Origin: Leucoraja erinacea
Lineage: Eukaryota
NCBI RefSeq assembly: GCF_028641065.1
Contig: NC_073380.1
Coordinates: 60,946,001-61,010,000, forward strand
Direction: 5' to 3'
DNA length: 64,000 nt
Part shown: in pieces, positions 13,301-26,800 of the stretch
Numbering within the stretch: the first letter of the stretch is position 1
Layout: every line of letters starts with the position of its first letter
Position numbers and translations under genes: made by a program
The notes under the pieces: generated by a model
What the model was told of the DNA's origin: nothing
Databases searched by the model: none
The model's input: only the letters and a program-made list of their open reading frames with translations

Positions 13301-16300
13301 TCCTAATAAATACTGCCAGCAATTTCCTGGTATTTTAATTAAATATTTAATTTTCTTGCATCAAACTGCAAAACAATGTTTAAGTGCACATCAATAAGAA
13401 TACAGGGTCCAAAAATCCACTTTGTGGTGGAGTGCTCAGGATCACTAATGTTCAGATAACATCCCCTTAAAAAGGTCCAAGAAAAGAAATCTGCAGGTGG
13501 GTTAGTTCTTTAGGCTAGCAGCAGGTTCTTGATTCTCTTCTATCACCATCATTATCTCATGCTTGAGTGGAAGTGAGCTCCCCGCTTCTTTTGGAACACC
13601 AATTGCTTATTTACCTACAGAAATAGAATGTTGAATGTCACCTTCAAAATACCTCCATAAACTGGATCATACAGCTAGTAATATGCTTGAATACATTGGT
13701 GGGTGGGGGAAGAAAGAGAGGTATGACTGCACCTATTCTCATTTGCACATAATAATTCTAAATCGTGAAAACCAGCCATATAATGTGGTAATCCAAGTAC
13801 TTCATTAGGTCCAATGTCACTGAATCAAGATCATTTGTGCTGTTATGTTGAAAGGATTGTGATGCTCACTTTTTGAAATGGCAATGCAGTAATAGATATG
13901 ATTTGAAATGGCAGTGAAGGAGTTTGATATATTGGGTGTTCTTGTTACTCTGAAACATATTTACTAAGGACTTAGTTTGCAATCCCTGGTTCAAGTGACT
14001 GAAATGAAAATGTTAGAGCAGTGTAGTTCCAAATACAGATATATATTGGTCTAGCAGAATTTTATCAATTTGGAATCTTTGATCTTTGATTTCCCATCAC
14101 ACCCATGGGAAATCTTCCTTTGCGACAAAACCCGCAAAACCTTCTACAAAGCTAAAAATGTAGCTAGGCTATTAATAGTAGTTACAAAAGTTAAAGAACT
14201 GTTTCTCTGTCTGATGAATGATTTCCTTACAGCGGGTGCCCGTGGATAAAAATGTGAATGTAAGATTAGCTTGATGGTAAGCTTTTGTGACCAATCTCAA
14301 AAAGTGATTAATGAGTACAGATCATAATTTTATTGATTAATATGAAGTAAAAATCTGTACAAAAATCACTGCATTAAAGCTACACGACCACAATTCTGAG
14401 ATGAGGGCTTTCTGATTATATATGTGTACAATCACCAACAATTCACACATTACTGCCCGTTAAAATGAACTACGACTGGTGAGCATAGTATCAAAGACCC
14501 ATTGTTAAATGAGAGTGAACTCATTCAGAAAGCCTCCCCATCTCAGAATTGTGGCACTGTACCTTTAATGTAATGATTTTTGTACAGATTTTCACTTCAC
14601 ATTAATTACCAATCTGTAAACATCTGCAAACATGTACAGGATCAAGTCATTTCAAACCTGATATTTTTTATTCTTCCTATTTCACTTATTTTGTTCTAGA
14701 ATATAATTGCAAATCTTGCAACCACTAGCAATGCCAATTGTCAGCAGTATTGTTCTGCAGACACCTTTTTCAGGATAATTTGATCTGAACTTAATACAAT
14801 GACATAGTAAGCAATAGCTGGTACCCTGTAGACCTCCTCTTAATACAGTGAATGAAGTGTGATAATATTTGTGCGACTTGAATGAGATTATTATTACCAG
14901 CACTTAATTTGTTATTTTGTCCAGGAACTTGATAGAATGAGCTGCGAATAAATTTATCCAGTAAAGACAGGCAGAAATGGTTAAAATAGGCGTATGAAAT
15001 AAACCCATGCTTAATATAAAGCATATATTGATTGTGAAATTATATTTTTTTGATTAAAGATGAACTCCCCAACAGAATGAATATGGGTGACAGATACTAT
15101 GTAACAGGAATTCCAACTCATGTCTACAGTGGTTCACAACTAACATTATGTATGGAAGCAAACAGTATACAACCCTGGTTATCAAGTGGTAAGATTTCTG
15201 TTAATAAGAAATATTTGGAATAGAAGAAAATTGAAAAGTTTGTGTAAAAGAGTTTAGTTGATATGGTGCAACTGAATGCCCGAATGGATTTAATTCAAAG
15301 GGATACAATCCAAGTTAGTTTCAGAAGCAGACTAGAATCGCAAAGGAAATTATTGCCGGAAGAGAAAAAGATTTGTCTGGTGATGCAGTCTAGTGGAATT
15401 TATGAAGGATGCCCTGTTGAATGCTGAGGTTGGTCAGGTGGAAAGTTATAAGTAGTGGCATTCTATCCTTACTTAACTGGAATTGGGGGGGGGGGGGGAA
15501 ACTGAACACATGTGTGGAAACAAAGCAGGTCATTTTTGAGGGCTCAGTGACTAGTAGACAGAGAATAATGAAGACATCTTTGAGGCACCACTGTAGAATG
15601 GACAAATTTGGACGACGGTAAAGAGTGGGAGGATGTATACCAATAAAGCTGAGAGTGTTAGTGATGAACCATGTGCAAGGATAGAAATTGAAGTATAAAC
15701 TGTTTCTCTTTACAAATATGCTTTGTGATCCGCATGCTTTCACTATTTTCCATCTTGGACTGAAGCCTGTTGTAGCACTTCCGTTGCCACCCTAGCTGAA
15801 CTTCCATGGTTCTCCTCTGATTTCAGCACTCATTTATTCCCTGAGCGTACATTCCATCCATGGCAGAAATACAGCACATGTATAAGCGTTTAAAGAACTC
15901 AGCATTCTTTACACCGATTTCAATTGTATTAAAGGTGCTTAAAACAGTATTTGTTCAACCTCTTAATGTTAGAAAACTATTAATTATTTTTGTTTATATG
16001 AAGACCCACCTGTCATCAACGACAACTTCAAATATCTGCTGTCCATCACAATGTCTTCACCCTGGAGATTTACAGCCGTTCTTGCTGACATCTTTGCTGC
16101 ACAGATTGTCCCTCCAGGCACTTACAACACCCTCAAACTCAGCCTGCTCCTGAATCTGGTTCAGACCTGCAATAATGGAAAACAGTCCATGGAACATTTA
16201 GATCTTTTGATTGGGACGAGTGACCCGGTAACAGTGGACAGGTACAGCCTTGTATTATGTGACATCTATGATCTTTACATTAAGGGTGGTATTTATAAAA

Positions 16301-19300
16301 TCAGTTTGAGAAGTTTGCTAAATATTCTAGATCTTTCAAATTATATAATATTTCTATGATATTCACAATTCCGAAAATCTATAGCATCTATTAATCCTGA
16401 CCCTTGTTTTGTTCCTCAGGGTTTAGTCACCCTGAAGATGATTATGTATCAGTTGTGGGGAACAACCATCAACATCAGTCCTTCAGATGAAATTTAGAAG
16501 ATATATACGAACAAACTTGGTGGTGGGGGGAGAGATCAAGAAAAATCACAGAGCTATTTACTTAAAGTTCCAGAGGTCCCTTAAATGGTTTTTGCAATCA
16601 GTATATTAGGATTTTCATATTGTTATTCAAAATGTAAAGCTCTTGAGAGAAAAATATCCTAAAGACTGGAGATAAATTCCTTCAGAGCTACCTGGCAGAA
16701 CAACACTTACTTTGTGCATAACTCTATTCAAATAGGTCTTTCTGCCTTGCAGCTTTTGTTTCTCTTTTTACAACATATCACAATCAGGACAATTCCCATT
16801 GGAAAGCTGAAAGAATATTCTAATGAAATTCACACCAGAAATTTCCAAATTAAACTAAGCACCTCAAAAAAAAAACGCTAATATTTTGCAGGAAAAATTG
16901 GACCCCCCAAAAAAACAAGCAATTTTAGAGGTCATAAAACCTAAAACTGGATAGCACGCAACAAAAGCTTTTCCTGTACCTCGGTACACGTGACAGTAAA
17001 CTAAACTAACTAAATTAAGGATCTAAACTGAGAAAATGAAAAGGAAAAGATAAATTAATTTGGATGGACCTAACAAATAATGAAAAATATTGGTGGAAGT
17101 TGTATTAAGACTCCCACAGTAGTGATAATGCAGAGCATAATGCAAGTTCGGAGACCAAAGGGTAACAAGGATAATATTATTGCATTTGGTGCTCCCAAAT
17201 TGGCCTCTTTTAAATCAGCGTAACTAATCGTAAACTAGGCAACTGTTCTGCCAAACACGTGCACTCTGTCCACCAAGGCTTGCTAACCATTTTAATTCCC
17301 ATACCAACTTTTCTGTCCTTGGCCTACACTGCCAGAATAGGAACATACACAATTGGAAGAACATCACCTCAAATTCATTTTGGGTAGCCTACAATACGAT
17401 GGTATGATCATTGAATTCTCCAATTTCCACTAACAACTTCCTACCGGTATCATGTCCCCTGGCCCAATCCCAGTGGGCACCCATTTCTCTCACCATCTTA
17501 GTAACCATGCTCCTTTCCTCTCCTCCATATTCATATCCTAAAAGCCAGGTATTCCGAAAAACACAACGAATCATGGGATTTGGCAAAGGTCATTCGAGAA
17601 TTAAAAAAGCGAGCGGGGTGTAACAGCAAGCGAGGGAGGATAGATGCGAGTGGGAAACAGGAAGAGATGGGGGAAGAGAGGTTTCAGTTAGCAGACAACC
17701 ACTGGTAAAGCCATGGCTCTAGGAGAGTCTAGAAAATGTCCTCAATTGATAGAATGCAACTTCAGAACCTCCTCATCTCGACCGTGCTGGAGATTTCCGC
17801 GCACAAGGAACAAATGACCTAAAGTTTGCATTGAGCGAACTGAGTGTTTTTACGGTCTTCATCATATACCGGCGTTTGGTGAGTGGTTGGATCCCGGGAT
17901 CGAGGAGTCAGCGCCCGATAGGTGAGCGGGCCGCGGTAGCTGGTGCCTCTACGCTCGCCCCAGGAAGAATCGACACCTCTACTCCCGGGTCGGGCACTGC
18001 CTCCTCGATCTCGCTGCTTGGCGGCAGCCGACTAGGATTCCAGAGCATCACCGATGCCTCACATCAGCTCCTGATCCTCCGCCGCCTGTCCGGATAATGT
18101 GACCGACATTGGTTGAGCTGAAGCTGGGCTCCAACCTCTCTCACAAAACGCTGGCGTACGAGGACGTTAAGAACACTCAGTTCACTCAACGCAAACTTTA
18201 GGTCATTTGTTCCTTGCGCCCATGGAAATTGCCACTCCCATCCATCCCAATCACAGTGCAAAACTCTGTGTAGGAAGTCGGAAGTCGGGTCTTCTATCCA
18301 GAGGTCCGTGGACGGGAGTGTCGGCCCAGGCCCATTGGTAGTGCGGAGGGGAGTCGCCAGCCCCAGCTCGATTCTGCCTGTTGACCTGGAATTGGTGCTT
18401 CTTTTCCGCGCCGCCTGCGGGCTAAATACCCCCCACCCCCGGCCGGGACACTCGGGAGGGGACAGGGACGGCCCAGCAGCGGCTGGATAGGGACAAGACA
18501 CAGGTCTGCACCCATGCAGTGGCATGGCCGCCGCAAGTGTTTAGCCCGAGCGACCTATGCATGTGCAGTCGGAATACCGAACTGGCTTATTCATGAGTCA
18601 CATATTTCTCTTCTATCCATCTCTTCCCCTGCCCCTTCCACCTTTACATCCCTCCCCCCAGCATTACATTTCACTCCTCCTTATCTTGACAGCTTTTCAC
18701 TGTCCCTTGGTACACACAACAATAATAAACCTAAAACGACTGCCCCTTTTTACCTCTCACCTTAGTCACTTATTCCACCCACCTACCAATCTCACCTGTA
18801 TCCACCTATCACATGCCAGGCTTTGCTCCACTCCCACCTCCCTTTAAAAAAAAACTTTGCTTCCCCCACTCCTTTAGTTTGGAGGAAGGTCCCGACCCGA
18901 AAGGTTGTCTGTCCGTTCCCATCACAGATGCTACCTGACTCACTGAGTTCCTTCAGCCTTTTGTTTCACTCACGATTTCAGTATCTGTGGTTTCTTGTCT
19001 CTCCAATATAATCATGGATGGCTTTAATCTACATTCGGACTAGGAAAACCCAGTAAGCAATAATGGTGGCGGAATATAGTTTATGGGATAGTTTTCGTAA
19101 TTAATTATCTTGTTGAACCAAAGGGGGAAATAGGCTATTATTGTGTGATGTGAAAATAATAATCTGGTAGTTAAGGGAACCATAGTCACAATAAGAATTT
19201 TGTATAAAAATGTATAAATTATTTAGTTCAACCTGAAACTATGAAATAATTCTGAATAAACAAACTATGAAGCCAAGGATTACGAGTTAGCTATAATAGA

Positions 19301-19433
19301 TTGGGAAAGTATATTAAAAGGAATGATAAACAAGTAATGGGTAACATTTATAGGCCTTTCTCACGGGGAGACTTGACGCAAGATGTAACCAGAGTGAAGT
19401 GGTCGTGGTCTAGCACGATATCACACGATATAA

Positions 19434-19478
<45 letters not shown>

Positions 19479-20827
19479 AGATAAAGAGTTCCCAGGGTAC
19501 TCGGCATTTCTGTTATTTGTGCGAGTGACTTGTCCGTCTCCTGAGCTTTCTTGAATGAACATTGAATCTTGAATGAACATTGTGAACTGTCAAGTGTAGT
19601 TAAATCATCACGTGGCACAAATGATGTGACTTTTTTTTCCACACACTATAAATATCCTCTCTTGGTTGAAATGGCTCATTTGGAGACATGCCTGTACTAA
19701 TGCTGTGACTTTACTGCAGGAAGATGCCACATTACTTAGAGAGGGGGAGAGACAGAGAGAGAGGCACAGAGGCAGTGTGATGTACTTCGGGGTGACTGGC
19801 GGAAGAGAAAGAGCGCACATGACCTTGGTCTATGTGTGTGTGGGAGCGAAGAGAGACTAAGCAGAATACATCGGTCTTATTGTGTGTGGGGGGGGGGGAG
19901 AGAAGAGAGAGGAGGGGGGGGGGGGAGAAAGAGAGGGGTGGGGAAAGAGAGGGGGGGGGAGAGAGAGAAATGAGGGGAGACATATATACACACACAAAGC
20001 AGAGTTTTACTGTGTATGTGGGAGACACAGATGGACTGAGCACACTACCTCGGTCTTACTGTGTGTGGGAGAGGGGGAGAAAGAGACGTACACTCACAGA
20101 GGCAGAGTCTCTCAGCCTGTGTGAGAGGGAGGGAGGAGAGAGAGGCACACACAAGGTGGATGTGAAATCTCACCTGCCTGTTTCAGTGACAGACACCCGC
20201 CGCCAGTAAATGAAGACACCCCCATCTGTCTCCCCCTCCTCTCCCTCGACTCCCCCACCTTTCCTTCCCAACTCCAGTCCCGTCCCGACCCCCTGGGAAA
20301 CTGAATGGAGCAACAATTAACTGCTGCCTGCCCACTGAGTTAAAGAGTTCCCACGGTAGTAAGACGATGTTAATTGCGCCCAAGTTTAAATTTCCAACGT
20401 GTGTTTCAGAGTAAAGAGTCAGCGCAGAATCCTTGATAATCAAAAACTGTCTGAATCAGCAAGTTAGACACAAAATGCTGGAGTAACTCAGCGGGCCAAG
20501 CAGCATCTCTGGAGAAAAGGAATAGATTCCATTTTTGGTCGGGACCCTTCTTCGGGATGATTGTAGGGGGGAACTGGAAGCAAGAAAAGACCGGGACAAA
20601 TCAGGGCCAACAACAGATGACCTCAGCAGGGTATTTTGAAGAGGGGTCCCGACCCGAAATGTAGCCTAACCCTTTCCTCCAGAGATGCTGCCTGACCCAC
20701 TGAGTCACTCCAGCACTTTATGTCTATATTTGGTTCCCTGATAGGCCAATTGTTGGCTAGGGATAGTGTGATCCCAAGAGGGAACCATCGTTGCAAACCT
20801 TGGACTGGTGAACCAACATTTACTGCA

Positions 20828-20860
<33 letters not shown>

Positions 20861-23800
20861 CAGGGGGGGGGGGGGGGGGGGAGAGAGAGAGTGCAAGTTA
20901 CCTAAAATTAAATAATTCAATGTTCATAGTGAACACAGACACAAAATGTTGGAGTAACTCAATGGGTCAGGCAACGTCTCTGGAGAAAATGAACAGGTGG
21001 CGTTTGTGTCTATCTTCGGTAAAAACCAGCATCCGCAGTTCCTTCCTGCACAATGGATCTCAGTGTCAAGTCTCTGACTCCCGTTGGCAGGTCATTCGGC
21101 CCACAGCCCGCCCAGCGATGACTAACCCATGTCACAGGGGGATGGTGTGAAGGCGTAGTTAGACAGAGCTTGATTAATGTAACGGTTGGGGAATGGGCCA
21201 TAATATGGCCAGGGAAACGCTGTTATTCGTGACGCCCCCTCCGGCCTTTCCCAGCTGTTCTCAATCGCACCCCTGGCCACACAAAAATCTATACTTTAAG
21301 AAGGAATACACGGAACATTTAAACTCAGAACACTTCTAACAGAGTGAGCCATGTGAGCACTTTGATCATTCTCCCTGTATTTGCATTTGACAAAATAGTC
21401 GGAAAAAAATGTTTTAAAGTGTTCATACCTTTTGCTATGCCTAATTGGCCCTTACCTCTGCGAAAATAGTGAAATGTCACCAACAATAATTGATTCTATT
21501 ATTAATTGACTAATAATTGACTATTAGTGGAAAGATGCAATTCTGATCTAATATTATAAGTGCCTCTGTCTTTGGAAGCAACACCAGCAATTTATTAAAT
21601 CTGACTACATGCGGCACAGTGGTAGAGTTGCTGCCTCACAGCCCGAGAGACCGGGGTTCGATCCTGACCATGGGTGCACCGGTTTCCTCTCACACTCCAG
21701 AGATTACAGGTTTGTAAGTTAATCGGCTTCGGTAACATTGTAAACTTGTTCCTGGAGTGTATAAGAATAGGTGGTCGGCGCGGACTCGGTGGGCCGAAGG
21801 GCCTGTTTCCTCGCTATATCTCTAAAATCTGAAGTTAGGTAATGTCTAAAGGAACTGCAGATGCTGGTTAATACGCACAAAAGGACACAAAATGTTGGTG
21901 TAACTCAGCAGGTAAGTCAGATCTGGGAAGAAAAACATAAAAAGCTGGAGTAAGTCAGCGGGTCAGGCAGCATCTCTGGAGAAAAAGAATAGGTGACGAT
22001 TCGAATCGGAACCCTTCTTCAGACATCCTAATCGGAATTGAGTCTGAAGATGTGTCTCGTCCCGAAACATCACCTATTTTTCTCCAGAGATGCTGCTTGA
22101 CTCGCTGAGTTACTCCAGCTTTTTGTGTCTGTCTTCGTTTTAAACCAGCATGTGCAGTTCACTCCTTTACACGGGTCTCTGGAGAACATTGATTGGTAGC
22201 GTTCCGGACCCTGCTTCGGAAAGGCATCGATCGCTAGTCGGCGAGGACTCCGAGCTGTATCTCTCAAAGAAGTACATGTGAAAAATTTCTCACGGACCAT
22301 AAAAATGCGGGACCTTTCAGTAAAGTCCCTTTTAAAGATTATAATTATTTTCTTGAATCTCATTAACATAACTCATGAATAAGTTGATGTCCATATGCGG
22401 ATGCAAATCTTTATTTTTTTAATTCAATCCCGCAGAAGACAATTTTTACTCCCCTCTGTCCAGCTTCCGGGTTCACCGTTCGCAGGAGTTCCCACGGTAA
22501 CCGCAAGAGTTATTACGGATATCGCACTGGCCATTACGTTCATATAATGTTGCAATGCTCAACCACAAGTGTACAAGTCACTCTTGTCAAGCTTGCTTGA
22601 ATTTTCTCCCGAGTCACCAAGTTACACGATTACCTGCCGTTAGCGCCACGGTGGTCCAACAATGCCGTACTGTTATCGCACGAGGTTCCCACGATGTTAC
22701 CTCTGGTTACCTCTTGCGTCAAGTCGCCCCCGTGACAAAGGGGTTTTAAAGAATGATACATAGATTACAAGTAATATAAATCCATTTTGTGGTTTAAAAA
22801 TATGGTTAAGCCATAGCTAACAAGTCGAATCCAAGGTACACAAAAAATGCTGAAGAAACTCAGCGGGTGCAGCAGCATCTATGGAGCGAAGGAAATAGGT
22901 GACGTTTCGGGCCAAAACCCTTCCTCAGACCCTTCCTCCAATATTGCTTAAGATTAGAGGAAATAACAGTGCCACAAAAGCAGCACATTTTAAGATGGAG
23001 AAAGTTAAGAATTTAGCAAAAGAGGACCAAGATATCGATAAGAAAACAGAGTATGTGAACACACTAGCAGGAAACATGAAAACCAGTGAAAAACTGTTGT
23101 GGATTAGTTAAAATAAGTTAATGTGGTTCCTTAATAGATAGAGGCAGGAGTAATTATATTGGTGTATAAGGAAATTGCAGAAACATTTAAAAAAATCGCC
23201 TTCACAGAAAACCTCCTGTGAATAGAACTATGTCTAGAGAATCCCAAATAAACTGGCAATGATAAATATTAGTGGAAATTAATGGAAAGTGGGAAAAGGA
23301 AACTTATATATGTAACCTCAGGCCCTTCTTAAAGTTGCATGTGCATGGTCTCTATGTTGCCAATAATTTCAGGGATCAAATTCCCTCTTGGATATTTTTT
23401 TATGAATGTGTCTGTGCTTTTTTGCAGGCTGTTAATATATAGTCTGAACCTTCTGCCTTTTGGAGTGAGACATTTGCCATCATATGAACTTTTTGCAACA
23501 GTCTCCAAAGATGAACATGGAACTGGCACTGCTAAAGTGCAAGCTGGGTCTGCACTTCTGGCCAAGGGGGGTATCTGCTACATAGGAGATATTCTTTCTC
23601 TCAAAAAAGAGGCATTTAAATTACTTCAGACAGGTACAGTGAGTATTTTAACACCATGTTCACTGAACAGCAAATTCTTAAAAATATATTGCATTTTAAT
23701 TTCTTCCATTTCCTGTGTTAAGTTTTAGAAACTAGGAGTATCACAGTATTTATTTCTGGAAAAAAGTTTGGAGAAGATGTTGATCAGCAAATGAGCTTCC

Positions 23801-26800
23801 CGATTCAGTGCAACTTCTGGGCTTTAGCTGATGCTAACATGCACCTAAAGAAAGCTGGCCAACAAGAAGATCCAGTAATTGGGTCAGTGGTAAGGCAAAC
23901 TTGGTTGTGAGGAGACTTGATAGAAGTTTATAAAATTATTTGATGCATAAATAGGGTAGACAGTCAGAGCCGTGTAAAAGACTAGAGAACATAGCTTTAA
24001 GGTGAGAGAGGTAAAGTTTAAAGGAGATGTGCAGGGCAATTTGTTTTAATTTACACAGTGGTGGGTGCCTGGAATGCACGTGTGATTGTTAAATTCTCTT
24101 GTCCATTTCCCAGTTGATCTATATCATGTTGAAACCTCAGATAACCTTTGTCACTGTTCAGTATACTCCCACACTACAGCAGTTCAGATTAGGAGATTTA
24201 TCCTTACAGAAATCTTGTCACTACCAAAAAACTCAGATATGGACTAAAAATCACCCTTCAAATTTGTGGTTGAGGGGGAGGGGGAATTAGAAAATAAGGC
24301 AAAATATATACAGCAAACTTTACCAAGGACAGTGATCACAGGCTCTCTGTTCATAGCAAGAGGCCTAACAGATTACTTAACAGATTGCTATTGATTTGGA
24401 AATTAAAAGACACGGCTCTTCTGCCCATACAATCTCTTCTATTGATCGCACCACATATCTGCATCTCCACCTATAAAATGCAATAGGAATATTGAAACAA
24501 TATTCAACAAGTTTTTCATTAAAAGGTATATTTGACAAATATGTGAATCATGTGCGCATGCTCTTCTGCCATACAATACAATCGCGGGAATTACCTTGCA
24601 TGTTTTGATCGCACCACATCAGCCATGTTTGCCAGGGAATGCATCTCCACCTATAAAATAGCATTCAATAGGAATATTGAAAATTCAATAGAAAACAGGG
24701 TTTACATTCCAGGGCACAACACCTCTGTAACAAGGTAGTTGTGCCCTGTAGCACAATTTGTTTTATGCCATTCGCAAACTATCCATACATGCCACTTCTT
24801 GATAACACTAATCGAGAACTTCCTCTGTCAGCTCCGTTGCTTCACCTAACTGGAATTTCTTATCCAAACTTCTATTGGTCTAAATGACAATATATGTATG
24901 ACCAAGCAGTTTTGGCTATTGGTATCTCCTGAGGCTCCAGTGCTGCGACGGTCATCAAGTAGAAACAGGGATTGATGGTAATTCACCAGACAGAGGTGCG
25001 CAAAGGACATTTCTAGTGTTGTGCACAGGACATTTCGGGAGTGTGTCTAAAGAATTGCGGGGAAAAAGCCTGCAGATGCTGGTTCATACCACAGGTAGAC
25101 AAAATGCTGGAGTAACTCCACAGATCAGACAGCATCTATGGTGAAAATAGATAGGTGACGTTTCACGTCAGACCTCTTCAGACTGAAGAACTCTCCAGCA
25201 TTTTGTGTCTATCTGAGATGAAGTTAGTGTTGGAAATCCCTATGTACTTGCAAGCATGTTACTTTGGGCCTGTTGCAACTACATTTTGAGATTGAAATGA
25301 GATTATATGGGCATAAAATAAATATCTGCTTATATCTAATACAATTTTCTTTGTTTAACAATGCAATGATTTTTTTTTGGTTTCCATAATTCAGGATGTC
25401 AGTTCAGTACCAGCTAATCTGGCTGATGGCTTTGGTCTAATGAGATTATATGGGCATAAAATAAATACCTGCTTATATCTAATACAATTTTCTTTGTTTA
25501 ACAATGCAATGATTTTTTTTTGGTTTCCATAATTCAGGATCTCAGTTCAGTACCAGCTAATCTGGCTGATGGCTTTGGTCTAATGATTTACTGCAATGAA
25601 TCTTCCAATTACAATTCTCCCATGCATCTAATACTGCATAAACTGAATGAAGCTATGCACCAAAGCAAACATCTTTATCCAGCACTACAGCAGTTTACAA
25701 CACAAGACTATGAAGAGGTAAAAATGAGAAGTTAGTCAAGTTGGTCAAATAGAGAAAAAATGTAAGCCTGGCTACTCCACGTATATTTAAAATCGTTTAG
25801 TTTATTGTCACGTGTACAGTCGTACATTGAAAAGCTTTTTTGTTGCAAGCTATGCAGTTAACGAAAATTACAATGATTACATAGAAACATAGAAAATAGG
25901 TGCAGGAGTAGGCCCTTCGAGCCTGCACCGCCATTCGATATGATCATGGCTGATCATCCAACTCGGTATCCTGTACCTGCCTTCTCTCCATACCCCCTGA
26001 TCCCTTTAGCCACAAGGGCCACATCTAACTCCCTCATAATTACAATCAAGTGTGTACAGATGTAGTGTACAGATACAGGATAAGGGAAAGATGCTTAGTG
26101 CATGATAAAGTCCAGTAAAGTCTGATAAAAGAGTGCAAAGGTATCTAATTAAGTAGATTGTAGGTCAGGACTGCTTTCTAGTTGGTGATAGGAAGACTTT
26201 CTGTTTCATAACAGCTGGGAAGAAACTGTCCATGAATCTGAAGGTATGAAGACAGTCAGAAAAATTCCTACCAAGGGTCGACAGATGCTGCTACCATGAA
26301 AGTGTTTCTTATTTTCTGTTTACATTTCAAATCTGTGAAAATTACTTTGAAAATTTGTAAATGTATAAAATGTGGCCAGGTATTGTAAATTAATAACAAA
26401 AATTGTTAAGATCATTCTGCGCCAACTTTGGAGTCTGAACAAATTGAATATAGGTTGAATATTATAAATGTAAAAACTAAGGTACAAAACAAAAGAACAC
26501 CAATTTTACAGCTTTGCAATCCAAACTGGTTGGCATCAGGTTAGTAATATTTGTTACAAACAGCTCATCTTCGGCAGGCATCTTGAAAAGGACTGCGATG
26601 ATTAGTTTTTGTTCTTTTCAAATAGAAATGATGAATTTTCTCCAGCATTTTTGTGTATGAACATTGAATTCTCCCAATTTTGTTAGTCCTTGCTGTCTCC
26701 TCCCCTTCCTCAGCCCCCGGGCTATCAGCCTTCCTCAGCCTTCGGGCTCCTCCTCCTTTTTCCTTTCTTCTCCCCGACCCCCCCCCACCAGTTTGAAGAA

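Noticed and set aside
19434-20881. Long poly-G and GA tracts as functional elements
   Set aside because: Simple repeats inside a transposon; homopolymer lengths are unreliable in assemblies.
21611-21670. tRNA gene
   Set aside because: The A/B boxes belong to a SINE head; no complete cloverleaf, and it is followed by SINE body and LINE-type tail (same for 51457).
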